This document shows positions 38,922 through 47,800 of a stretch of DNA of 64,000 bases, in pieces. The notes beneath the pieces were generated by a model, which did no database searches, had not been told where the DNA came from, and saw only the letters and a list, made by a program, of their open reading frames with translations. Source of the stretch: a virus (Duplodnaviria; Heunggongvirae; Uroviricota; Caudoviricetes); the IMG/VR virus record IMGVR_UViG_3300021426_000084; one strand, 5' to 3'. How positions within the stretch are numbered: the stretch's first letter is position 1; the number at the start of each line of letters is the position of its first letter. The position numbers and the translations under genes were made by a program.

Positions 38922-39103
38922 TGGAATTCAAATTAAATCCAAAGCTTGAAGAATGGATAAATGAGCATAACAAAATCTGTCATTCCAATGCTTCGGCCGG
39001 CGAACATTATCAATTTGAATTTCTACCAACAGGCATTATGGAAATCCAAACCGTTAAATGTCTTTGCTGCGGAGAAGAAAGGACAGAATATGATGGCTGG
39101 TGA
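38918..39103 (+). CDS. small zinc-ribbon protein
   Basis: CHS...C...CLCCGE. Confidence 0.4.
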   Translation: MMEFKLNPKLEEWINEHNKICHSNASAGEHYQFEFLPTGIMEIQTVKCLCCGEERTEYDGW

Positions 39104-39299
39104 ATGGGCGCAAAAATTGACAACAGAACGAGTAATTAAACATATTCAAGATGGTATAAAGAAAGCGCACAAAGCATTTTTGGCTCAACAAGCTATCCTT
39201 TCAATGAATAAATCTCACAGAAGGCGTCGGCAAATAGCAAAAGCTTATAAGCTGATTTACCCAATGGCAACGATAAATTTGACAAGGAAAAGTCATTAA
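39090..39299 (+). CDS. small basic protein
   Basis: ATG 39090 after gaaaggacag. Confidence 0.4.
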   Translation: MMAGEWAQKLTTERVIKHIQDGIKKAHKAFLAQQAILSMNKSHRRRRQIAKAYKLIYPMATINLTRKSH

Positions 39300-39860
39300 A
39301 ACCCATCACAGCAGGAGCGTCTGTGGATACGTTGAGCTCGCACCCAGGAGTCAATAGCCGTGTTAAAGTCAGGCAACGTAGAGGCCAAATACTTAGATAT
39401 AATAGTAGTATCACCCCGTCGCGCAGGGGAGGTGTACGGTGCAAGTCCGTACAGACATTGGCAAGAGAGCTTCATAATCTGCAGTAAAGCAGCAAAAATC
39501 CTCCGCCCATGTTCGCAACAGGTAAAGGGCGTAAAAGATGTAAACCTGTCCGGCCGAACGCAAAACCTGTGATGCATGCTGTAACAGGAAGGTCACTGCC
39601 GCCTTAAGAGAAGAAAAGTGATTCCCATGGAGAACTCCAGTGTGGTCCGTTCCGCTCCATGGTATAGCTATTGCGTTATGCTATGTAAAAAGTACGCACG
39701 TTCGGGTGAATGTGAGACCCCGCGTGAGGAACAACGAAAGAGATTCCTGTTTTCCCAGCATTTTTGGTACAAAAATGTTGCGCCAGCCTTTGACCTGACC
39801 AGTCAATAAAAAGTCAGCGATATGACCAGGGGGGCAGTTAGCTTGAGCCCCCACCATTAT

Positions 39861-39953
39861 GGGAGATTGGACCTGGATTGGAGCCAGGGCAGCATTTAGC
39901 GCTGCGCAGGGTACGCGCCCTCAACGTAAGTTCGAATCTTACATCTCCCGCCA
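39861..39953 (+). tRNA. type II tRNA (93 nt), anticodon loop ATTTAGC (apparent UUA or UAG; unresolved)
   Basis: acceptor gggagat/atctccc, T-arm gtaag-ttcgaat-cttac, long variable arm, CCA encoded. Confidence 0.5.
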
Positions 39954-40121
39954 AAAGAAAAAAACAGGTGATAAATATGTCTCCTCTCGATTGGCTTGAT
40001 GATGAAGAAGATAAAATTGATCATCATTAAGGGGCCATCCGTAGTCCACTGCAAAGGACGAGCCGGTAGAATGATGGGTTGGCATCCTCCGTTTCGGGCT
40101 TCGTAAAAAGTACCACAAGGG

Positions 40122-40160
40122 CTGCGGCGTGATTTGCAGACGCCGCAGAATTACTCTTGT
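40122..40160 (+). terminator. hairpin, possible terminator
   Basis: ctgcggcg ... cgccgcag stem followed by a partly T-rich tract. Confidence 0.35.
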
Positions 40161-40169
40161 TATTATTAT

Positions 40170-40246
40170 GCGCCACTTAGCTTAACAGGAAGAGCCTATG
40201 GGTCTAGCTCATAGAGATTCTGGTTCAAATCCAGAGGGGCGCACCA
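40170..40246 (+). tRNA. type I tRNA with apparent CUA anticodon (amber-suppressor-like)
   Basis: acceptor gcgccac/ggggcgc (one mismatch), D gctt/gagc, anticodon stem tatgg/tcata with loop gtCTAgc, T-arm tctgg-ttcaaat-ccaga, ACCA. Confidence 0.5.
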
Positions 40247-40544
40247 ATATCATGTCCCTAATGAGGTTAGCGTCTCAGCGGGGAGGAATCCGTTTTAGTT
40301 TACCCTGAGGAATAGGCAATGATGAGTGCGCAATTATCTAGCTGAAACGAGGGGTAAATGAGGGCCTGCAGGGCAACCAGGTGCGGATATAGTATGCAGA
40401 GAACTACAACCTGCCGGAAACTTGACTGCCGTTATAGATGTCAAGCGTAGAATACCACGTTAGGTGTATCGAGGGAGCCGGCAATCTCCCGACGTCAGCC
40501 AAAAACTTACCAGAGGCGGCAAATTGCCATGCCGTCTCGATTAA

Positions 40545-40621
40545 GGACCCCTAGCTCAGTTGGTCAGAGCATCCGGCTCATAACCGGCGGGTCCTCGGTT
40601 CAAGTCCGAGGGGGTCCACCA
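40545..40621 (+). tRNA. tRNA-Met/Ile2 (CAU)
   Basis: acceptor ggacccc/ggggtcc; loop ctCATaa; CCA. Confidence 0.7.
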
Positions 40622-41285
40622 TAATGGAACAGGCAAGGCGAAAGTCTTGTAAGTTCCTCTCCTTTTCTAAACCAATGAACTACAAAAACAGCGAGTGTCC
40701 TGAACTTCGGTTCAGGCGCCCGTAGAGCCCTTAATGAAGGTTGAGGGTTGTACGGGCGAAAGCCCGACCAAGAATATTACAATAACTGCGCGGGGACAGT
40801 ATAACAGCCCTGTAGTGCTTCGGTGGTCTGTGCACGAAAGAAATACAGCCTTCCACTTATGAGGGGTCGTTGAGAGGTGGGCGCATCGTCGTCGTAGGTT
40901 CGAACCCTACCGTCCCTCATCTATTATGGCAGCGTTGGCTATATCGGGTATCTGGTTGCAAACGGATACTTTGATGAATGGGTGGGCCAATGAAACTGGA
41001 AGAGGTTGCAAACTCCGAAGGGTACGCGGGTTCAACTCCCGCCGCTGTCTCTATCATGTCAGTGTCGGCATAATGGTAATGCCAGGGCCGCAAGCCTGAT
41101 ATGCGGGTTCAACTCCCGCCGCTGACCGTATACGTAAAGTCATGTGACTTGTCATTCTTTCCGAGGGTTATCAAGACTCAAACAAGAAACCCTTCGCAAC
41201 ATTTCAAGCTTTGGCTGGCGTCTGTCTTACGACAGGAACACTGGAGGCAAAGCTAGGGGCAGTTGGCAACAGCTGCTCCGGTACT

Positions 41286-41360
41286 AGGGGTATCGCCAAG
41301 CGGTTAAGGCACCGGGTTTTGATCCCGGCATCTTCAGTTCAAATCTGAATACCCCCGCCA
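41286..41360 (+). tRNA. tRNA-Gln (UUG)
   Basis: anticodon stem ccggg/cccgg with loop ttTTGat; T-arm ttcag-ttcaaat-ctgaa; GCCA end. Confidence 0.6.
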
Positions 41361-41364
41361 TTAT

Positions 41365-41469
41365 GGGAAGCAATCTGGTGGTTTGTAAGTGCAAATGCAG
41401 GTTCGACTCCTGCCACCTCGTAAGAGGTTTGGGGAAAACAAGGGCCCGGTTCGATTCCGGGGCTTCCCG
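41365..41469 (+). other. tRNA-like element with two T-arm-like hairpins inside one acceptor pair
   Basis: gggaagc ... gcagg-ttcgact-cctgc ... cccgg-ttcgatt-ccggg ... gcttccc. Confidence 0.4.
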
Positions 41470-41771
41470 CCTTAATCATGAAGCTAATATGTTGGCGTCA
41501 GCTTTCCTCGTATGATAAAGATACGGATAAGCTATATGGCCGTATATTGGCACCGGTAAAAGCTCGAAACAAAAGTAAGTAGCCGGGGCAAGACCGGGAC
41601 ACCTCCTGGAATTTATTGTGAACATCGAGATTATTATGCATATACTTTTTGTCCAAAAAGCCAGGTGTGGCTTCCGACTCGATGCGGTTAAAAGAGGATG
41701 AAAAGTATAGTGAAGATATCTACAAAGGGCAACCGCTTAGTCGAGCTCCCTGCGAATCGGATATCTATCAT

Positions 41772-41846
41772 GGCTTGGTAGTCTAGTGGTTAGGCAACGG
41801 TCTGCAAAACCGTTTTACGCCGGTTCGATTCCGGCCCAAGCCTCCA
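41772..41846 (+). tRNA. tRNA-Cys (GCA)
   Basis: acceptor ggcttgg/ccaagcc; loop ctGCAaa; CCA. Confidence 0.75.
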
Positions 41847-41852
41847 TATCAT

Positions 41853-41949
41853 GGGAAACGTCATGGTGGCGGAAAAGAGCATTCGGGTTCGATTCCCGAC
41901 GCCCTGCGGGGTCCGTGGTGGTCAGCCTGGTTCGAGTCCAGGGTTTCCT
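41853..41949 (+). other. second tRNA-like element with two T-arm-like hairpins
   Basis: gggaaac ... tcggg-ttcgatt-cccga ... cctgg-ttcgagt-ccagg ... gtttcct. Confidence 0.4.
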
Positions 41950-42289
41950 TTACATTGCCGTAGTAACTCTGCGTATGTATACCTTCCGTTAAAGGCGACT
42001 CAAACGCCGGAAGCCGGGCCTACAGCCCGAGGCAGCGAAATCCCTCCGATTTGAGCGGAGAACCTGACAGCCAGCTCGAAGTTTTAGTAGGGCAGGTTCA
42101 TGTCGAAATGGTAGCGGTGGCGAAGTCCTTGGGGTGGATGAGTAGCCGATATTGGAGTTCCTATATTGGACAGTAAAAGCGGGTTCGATTCCCGACACGC
42201 CGACGGGCGTCCTGGTGGTAAAGTGCCGGTGCGTGCAGGCTTCAAATCCGGATTGAGCCTGTGCAATTCCGGCAGCTCCAAACTATTAT

Positions 42290-42382
42290 GGAGATGTACC
42301 CAAGTGGTTTAAGGGGGCTGCTTTGAAAGCAGATAGGCCGCAGTGATGCGACGCGCGGGTTCGAATCCTGCCATCTCCTCCA
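42290..42382 (+). tRNA. tRNA-Ser (UGA), type II
   Basis: acceptor ggagatg/catctcc; loop ttTGAaa; long variable arm; CCA. Confidence 0.7.
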
Positions 42383-42388
42383 TATTAC

Positions 42389-42476
42389 GGAGAGGTGTCC
42401 GAGTGGCTAAAGGAACCGGTTTCGAAAATCGGCGTACTGAAAAGTACCGTGGGTTCGAATCCCACTCTCTCCGCCA
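42389..42476 (+). tRNA. tRNA-Ser (CGA), type II
   Basis: acceptor ggagagg/tctctcc; loop ttCGAaa; long variable arm; CCA. Confidence 0.7.
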
Positions 42477-42503
42477 GCAATTATATAAGGGGGAGTTTTC
42501 ATT

Positions 42504-42629
42504 ATGATGAGAGCAATGATTCTTTGTCTTGCAGTTGCTTTTATTGGCTTGTTTGTATTCTTTGGAATTCATTATGCTGATGAAGTAGGACGTGAGATTA
42601 AGAATACCCTAAAAAAGTTATTCGGCTAA
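42504..42629 (+). CDS. 41-aa membrane micro-protein upstream of the SPFH gene
   Basis: not in track; strong SD aagggggag 7 nt before ATGATG; one TM helix. Confidence 0.5.
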   Translation: MMRAMILCLAVAFIGLFVFFGIHYADEVGREIKNTLKKLFG

Positions 42630-42655
42630 AAGCCGAAAAAAGGAGGAATTATATT

Positions 42656-43543
42656 TTGGAAAACAAAGGTCTTGGGCTCGTAGGTATTTTGGTGGTCATG
42701 GGTATCGCATTAGCCGGTATGCTGATGTGTGTAACTCGTATCGGCCCCGGTTATGCAGGTGTTATTTACAACATGGACGGCGGCATTGAGGATGAAACGC
42801 TTGGTCAGGGCTTCCATATGGTTGCACCGTGGAAGCATGTGAGCGAATATCCGATTTCCACGGAAACGGTCTACTATACAAAAAATTCTGTAGACGGTAA
42901 TGACGATGACAAGGATAAGAAGACCGACAAGTCGGTGAATGTAAATACGAAAGACGGCAAGCAGGTCAATGTGAGCGTGACGTACGCCTACCACATGGAT
43001 CCGGAGAAGCTTCCGACCGTTTTTGCCAAATTCCGTGGCCAGGACATCAAGTCTATTGAATCCGGTTACATGAAGAATGCTATGTACGAAGCGCTCAACA
43101 ATGTTACCAGCCAGTATAGCTTGATGGAACTTGTTGGCGATAAGCGCCCGGAAATCAATCAGAAGATTTTCGAAGCGTTTAAGGCTGACTTAGAAGAATG
43201 CGGCATTGTAATTGAAACTTTCAACTTGTCCGACGTAGTTCCGGATGATGCAACGGCGACAGCCATTCAGAATGTTGTAAATGCTCAGAACGCTTTGATG
43301 CAGGCGAAAATCGAGAAGGAGCAGGCGGAAGTAGAAGCCGAAAAGGCTCGTGTTACTGCCAAAGGTAAAGCAGACGCAGCTCTTATCGAAGCTGAAGGCC
43401 AGGCACAGGCTAACGCAAAACTGCAGCAGTCCCTGACTCCGGGAGTACTCCAGCAGAATGCAATCTCTAAGTGGGACGGAAAGCTCCCGCAGATTAGCGG
43501 TCAGAACGGCGGTTTCATTCTTGGAGCCGACTTCTTGAAGTAA
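42656..43543 (+). CDS. SPFH/band-7 (prohibitin/HflKC-like) membrane protein
   Basis: N-terminal TM helix, IGPGYAGVIY...GQGFHMVAPW SPFH core, Ala/Glu-rich coiled-coil C-terminus. Confidence 0.75.
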   Translation: MENKGLGLVGILVVMGIALAGMLMCVTRIGPGYAGVIYNMDGGIEDETLGQGFHMVAPWKHVSEYPISTETVYYTKNSVDGNDDDKDKKTDKSVNVNTKDGKQVNVSVTYAYHMDPEKLPTVFAKFRGQDIKSIESGYMKNAMYEALNNVTSQYSLMELVGDKRPEINQKIFEAFKADLEECGIVIETFNLSDVVPDDATATAIQNVVNAQNALMQAKIEKEQAEVEAEKARVTAKGKADAALIEAEGQAQANAKLQQSLTPGVLQQNAISKWDGKLPQISGQNGGFILGADFLK

Positions 43544-43576
43544 TATTGAAGTTATATTGAAGTTATATTGAAGTAG
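43544..43576. repeat. 11-bp tandem repeat tattgaagtta x3 (a fourth partial copy overlaps the SPFH stop)
   Basis: direct reading. Confidence 0.7.
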
Positions 43577-43957
43577 CTTCAAACCAACTCTTTTTGGGTT
43601 GGTTGATGTTCAGATAGCCTTATCTGGGTATCAACGGGCCCAAAAGGTTCGACTAAAACTACACATAGCTATCCGCAGCTAGGAGCCAGTCGCAGGTGGC
43701 TGGCTGCCAAAAGTGGAGTCCTCAGCAAGACATAACTGCTGATTTGCTTCCAGGGCCGAAAGCTGATACTTGACCGTTCAGCCTTAGTAAGCGGGCGCAT
43801 TGATGTCCGCGCCCATGACCTGTAAGTCAACCTGGAAGCATAATGCCTTAGCCGCTTAATAGTGAGATAGTGGTTATCACGAAGCCGGTGCAATTCCGGG
43901 GCGAGGCACATATTTTGTAAGCAAAAAAAAGAATATATAAGGACATCAAACACGCAC

Positions 43958-44005
43958 AGAGACTACTGGCTTATTTTGTATGCCCTTAGTCTCTTTTTTT
44001 GTTTC
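43958..44005 (+). terminator. hairpin plus T-run, probable terminator
   Basis: agagacta/tagtctct stem followed by tttttttgttt. Confidence 0.45.
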
Positions 44006-44040
44006 GCGTATACATTTATCAAGAGAGGAATGATTTCAAA

Positions 44041-44442
44041 ATGACCGGGACAGAAGAGTATAACGAATTCGGCGTATACAACAACATATATGATAAGATT
44101 GAAGAAGCGGCGAAAGCTGTTAGAGGAGTAATGGGGCAGAAAGATACGCTGGCAAGGCGACAATCACAGCTCGATAACCAAATCAACGATATCTTGCATG
44201 AAATCGAGATTGATAATCTTGATGCTGTCAGTCTTATGCACTGGGCTTCAATGCTCAGAAAGGCTCTGAGAGAACGGCGCAAAGTAAAGACATCGCAGGC
44301 AATGCTTCGCAGCTTGCAGGATATGCGAATCTCCTCATCGCTTGACCGCTGTGTTGCAAATGCTCAGAAGCGCCCGGAAAAGATGGAATACGCATATCGG
44401 GACATTGAAGTACCCATTGCAAAATGTAAGAAGATTGCTTAA
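44041..44442 (+). CDS. coiled-coil hypothetical protein
   Basis: ATG 44041 after agagagga. Confidence 0.5.
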   Translation: MTGTEEYNEFGVYNNIYDKIEEAAKAVRGVMGQKDTLARRQSQLDNQINDILHEIEIDNLDAVSLMHWASMLRKALRERRKVKTSQAMLRSLQDMRISSSLDRCVANAQKRPEKMEYAYRDIEVPIAKCKKIA

Positions 44443-44528
44443 TGGTACGTAAGAAGGGAAGAAAATACCGTAAAGAGCAGAGTTATTAGCATAAAGCATT
44501 TGATAATAACTCCGGACGGTAGCTATCA

Positions 44529-44563
44529 GGGCTTGACCTCAAAACTCAAGCCCTTTTTGTTTT
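44529..44563 (+). terminator. rho-independent terminator
   Basis: gggcttga-cctcaaaac-tcaagccc followed by tttttgtttt. Confidence 0.7.
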
Positions 44564-44653
44564 ACGGAAATCTGGGAATGGAAGGTGTAGTTTGGCTTCA
44601 GAACCAAGCTACTAACAAAATGTCCAAATGAAATCTTTCCAAACAAAAAACGG

Positions 44654-44682
44654 TTGACGGCAAGGTTGTTTGGGTCTATACT
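44654..44682 (+). promoter_or_regulatory. sigma70-type promoter
   Basis: TTGACG, 17 nt, TATACT. Confidence 0.55.
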
Positions 44683-44856
44683 GTATTAAGAAGTATGTAA
44701 GTAAGTTCCCAAATCTTGTAAGTAAGACATTCGCAGTCACCTTTGTTTTGCGGCAGAAGTCACGTTTCGCAAAGAGAAAGCGGGCTGATCTTGTCAAAAC
44801 AAAAGGCTTGAAGAAGCGGGAATTAGCAGAAAAACAGAAAAGGACTGATGTAACTG

Positions 44857-45609
44857 GTGTTTAAGTCTGGAGATAAGGTATGCCATATAGCATACGGTAT
44901 TGGTGAAATCGTATCGGTTGAACATACGACAAACGGAACGATTCGTTATGAAGTGAATTTTCGACGGTATCCGCAAAAGCTTATCACGGTAGTTGGTGAT
45001 GATGACATGCACAAGTTAGATGCATCGGAAAAAAGTGTAAGAAGCGGCCAATCGGAAACAGATAAGGAGAAAAAGGAAAATATCCGGCAGCTTGTCGATA
45101 ATATTTTTGAAATTTATGACAATGATTTTGCTAAGATATTGAAGAAAAGTTTAGACAATGCGACAACAGATAAGAAGGAGAACACTGTAATGGCAAATGA
45201 ACGAAAACTGACAATGGATAATAACGGCAATGTAATCGGCGGCGCAATCCTTGGCGGCCCCACCCCGGAAATCACCCCTACGTTTGGAACTGTATCGACA
45301 AGTCGTAAGTCAGAACCGGATAACGTAGCCCGGCATCGCAAGATTGTCATGGGGCTTAACGAGCTTTATGCCCGCAAAAATGCTGATTATGGCGACAGTT
45401 TCCATGATACCTATATTGAAGAAGGCATGGCCATGGCCCGCATTCGCCTGTCAGATAAGCTCAATCGTTTTAAGAGCTTGACTCGCAACAATCAGCAGCA
45501 GGTGAAGGATGAAAGCATCCGCGACACCCTTCTTGATTTGGCTAACTATGCCATCATGACGGTTATCGAAATGGATAGAGAAGCTGACGTGAAAGTGAAG
45601 GCGGTATAA
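44857..45609 (+). CDS. hypothetical protein, possible MazG-like/DUF1599-like C-terminal domain
   Basis: GTG start; KNADYGDSF...RIRLSDKLNRFKSL motif. Confidence 0.4.
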   Translation: MFKSGDKVCHIAYGIGEIVSVEHTTNGTIRYEVNFRRYPQKLITVVGDDDMHKLDASEKSVRSGQSETDKEKKENIRQLVDNIFEIYDNDFAKILKKSLDNATTDKKENTVMANERKLTMDNNGNVIGGAILGGPTPEITPTFGTVSTSRKSEPDNVARHRKIVMGLNELYARKNADYGDSFHDTYIEEGMAMARIRLSDKLNRFKSLTRNNQQQVKDESIRDTLLDLANYAIMTVIEMDREADVKVKAV

Positions 45610-45709
45610 GAATTTTGGAAACAACAGCAGGTATCATAATTAATTCGTGTATCGGATTTGCAGCGACAATATATTTTGTCCGTAGATTGCTAGAGGAGCG
45701 TAAAGGTTA

Positions 45710-45985
45710 ATGAATCTCATTACAAAGAAAAAGCTGCTCAATCTTCTGCAGGAGTATGCAAAAGAAAAATGTACAGAGTATGGTGGTGATGGGGATGGCT
45801 GCCCCTTCAACGACGGAGAAAACGAGGGGATGCACTGGTGTGCTTTTGATTCCCTCTTTGATAAACTAGGTGAAGAAACTGGCCAGGGCCAGAAGATATC
45901 CGACGATTTTGCAGATTTTCAGCACGAGCTGAGAGAAAAGGAATATGCAAATCAGAAGGGTGATAAAGATGGAACCTATTATTAA
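45710..45985 (+). CDS. acidic hypothetical protein
   Basis: 91-aa ORF. Confidence 0.45.
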   Translation: MNLITKKKLLNLLQEYAKEKCTEYGGDGDGCPFNDGENEGMHWCAFDSLFDKLGEETGQGQKISDDFADFQHELREKEYANQKGDKDGTYY

Positions 45986-46310
45986 CCCATGGATTGTTTA
46001 TGGCATAGATGTGATAAGCAAACTGTCCGTAGTAGCCTTTATTACGGTCATTGCGTCCCTCATAGGTATGCTTATATTCGCCATGAATGATTCAACATAT
46101 GGAAACGACGAACAAGAAAATAGGATTTTCAAGATACTGCTCATCGTTTTTCTGGTAGCTACGGTATTTTTGGTGATATTGCCTTCTAAGGACACCATGC
46201 TTACTATGCTGGCTCTTCATTATGTAACACCTGACAACATTCAAGCTGTACAGGGCAATATCGTAGATTTTGTAAATCAGATTGCGCACGCCGTTAAGGA
46301 CGCGAAGTAA
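45969..46310 (+). CDS. membrane protein, tandem paralog A
   Basis: MEPIINPW...; two TM helices; shared C-terminus YVTPDN(I/V)QAVQGNIVDFV. Confidence 0.55.
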   Translation: MEPIINPWIVYGIDVISKLSVVAFITVIASLIGMLIFAMNDSTYGNDEQENRIFKILLIVFLVATVFLVILPSKDTMLTMLALHYVTPDNIQAVQGNIVDFVNQIAHAVKDAK

Positions 46311-46348
46311 TAAAAAAAGAATATGTAGAGAACAGAAAGAGTGATAAA

Positions 46349-46693
46349 GTGGAACCAATTATTTCGCCGTGGCTTGTCTACGGAATAAGTGTCTTAGCAA
46401 AATTTCAAATGGCTATTCATTTCCTCCTCTGCCTATCAATTGTCGGTTTATGTATAATGGTGCCGGCATTTCTTGATGGTGATGATGTGTCAGATGACGT
46501 AAAAAGAGCGCGGACAAAAGCATTAAAGGCCGTACTGATATTTGGCACAATAGAAATCTTGTTGCCGGATAAAGATACCCTCATGACCATGTTAGCTCTG
46601 CAGTATGTAACACCTGACAATGTGCAGGCTGTACAGGGTAACATTGTCGACTTTGTAGGCCAGATTGCGGAAGCTGTTAAAAACGCGAAATAA
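46349..46693 (+). CDS. membrane protein, tandem paralog B
   Basis: MEPIISPW...; GTG start; same C-terminal motif. Confidence 0.55.
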   Translation: MEPIISPWLVYGISVLAKFQMAIHFLLCLSIVGLCIMVPAFLDGDDVSDDVKRARTKALKAVLIFGTIEILLPDKDTLMTMLALQYVTPDNVQAVQGNIVDFVGQIAEAVKNAK

Positions 46694-46707
46694 TCAGAGG
46701 TAAGCAG

Positions 46708-47049
46708 ATGAATTTTCAAAAGCGCAAGCAATTGGTTAGGCAGTGCATAGCTGGTGCAAGAAACAACTGTCTTTGTCTGCCGCAGTTTATCTCCGGCTGG
46801 TTGGAAGTAGTCAACGAATCGAATAGCAAATGCGCGCCAGAAGACAAAATAATCATAGCCATCTGGAAAAACAGTGAAGGATACTGTGTTCACAGCGTTG
46901 ATGTTAAGGTCGACGAAGATACTGTTTTTGGCGGCTGGGAACTTGGCAGAGAACTTAGTGTGGCAGAAGAAGAGTATAAGAACAAGGACGATGCCATCAA
47001 ATGCATTGAGGAATACACGCGCCAATATCGGACGTTACTAAAAGCATAA
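46708..47049 (+). CDS. hypothetical protein
   Basis: 113-aa ORF. Confidence 0.5.
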   Translation: MNFQKRKQLVRQCIAGARNNCLCLPQFISGWLEVVNESNSKCAPEDKIIIAIWKNSEGYCVHSVDVKVDEDTVFGGWELGRELSVAEEEYKNKDDAIKCIEEYTRQYRTLLKA

Positions 47050-47068
47050 AAATGTGGAGGTAGTATAA

Positions 47069-47800
47069 ATGTTTAATGCAGGAGATATGATTGATGGCCA
47101 TACTATCTGCTTAAAGGCATTAGTGGGCAGCCATAATTACAATCTCAACACACCGGAATCCGACAGGGATTACAAATACTTCGTGTGGCCGACGTTCAGT
47201 GACCTGTACGACAATAAAATGTATCACAAAGAAGTGGTCACGGATGCCGAGGACTATACTGTCCATGATGTTCGTAAGCTCCCGATGCTTCTTTGGAAAG
47301 CCAATCTGAATTTTATTGAGATTCTGTATTCCAAGGAACTTACCGGTGATTCAAGCTTGCTGGAGTATCTGGAAGAACATAAAGAAGAACTGGCAACAAT
47401 GAATTTGCCAGGCTTATATATGGCTGCCATGAACATGTCTCTTGATAAAGAAAAGCTTATGACAAAGGATTCGCCGGCGCGGCATGACGCCATCGAAAAA
47501 TATGGTTACGATCCGAAAAGCGCCTGTCATGCATTGAGAGTCGTTGACTTTTTGAGAAAGTACCATGTGTTCCGGGATATGTCTGACGCATTCTGGTATC
47601 CAACGGGTTCATTGGATTACGCTGGCATCATGGATATCAAGCAAGGAAAGTTGTCTCTTCAGGATTTCAAAGACTGCCTGTATGATATCAGAGAAACAGC
47701 TAAATCCTTTAAATACAGTTTTTCCGCGCCAAAGGATGAACTCGCTTATAATGATTTTTGCATAGTCCTGAAGCAGAAAGTGAGACAGAGACTTTGCTAA
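47069..47800 (+). CDS. Pol-beta-superfamily nucleotidyltransferase
   Basis: LVGSHNYNLNTPESDRDYKYFV matches hG[GS]-x(9-13)-D-x-[DE]h; 243 aa with helical C-terminal half. Confidence 0.55.
   Translation: MFNAGDMIDGHTICLKALVGSHNYNLNTPESDRDYKYFVWPTFSDLYDNKMYHKEVVTDAEDYTVHDVRKLPMLLWKANLNFIEILYSKELTGDSSLLEYLEEHKEELATMNLPGLYMAAMNMSLDKEKLMTKDSPARHDAIEKYGYDPKSACHALRVVDFLRKYHVFRDMSDAFWYPTGSLDYAGIMDIKQGKLSLQDFKDCLYDIRETAKSFKYSFSAPKDELAYNDFCIVLKQKVRQRLC

Noticed and set aside
39861-39953. Calling the type II tRNA an ochre (UUA) suppressor
   Set aside because: TAA is the dominant stop codon of the genes in this window, and the 5' half of this tRNA has an irregular D-arm linker, so the loop assignment is too uncertain. 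Reported only as unresolved.
41786-42580. Track ORFs 41786-41992, 41851-42054, 41989-42198(-), 42084-42281(-), 42309-42572(-), 42395-42580
   Set aside because: They run through tRNA-Cys, tRNA-Ser and tRNA-like elements, so they are artefacts of GC-rich structured RNA.
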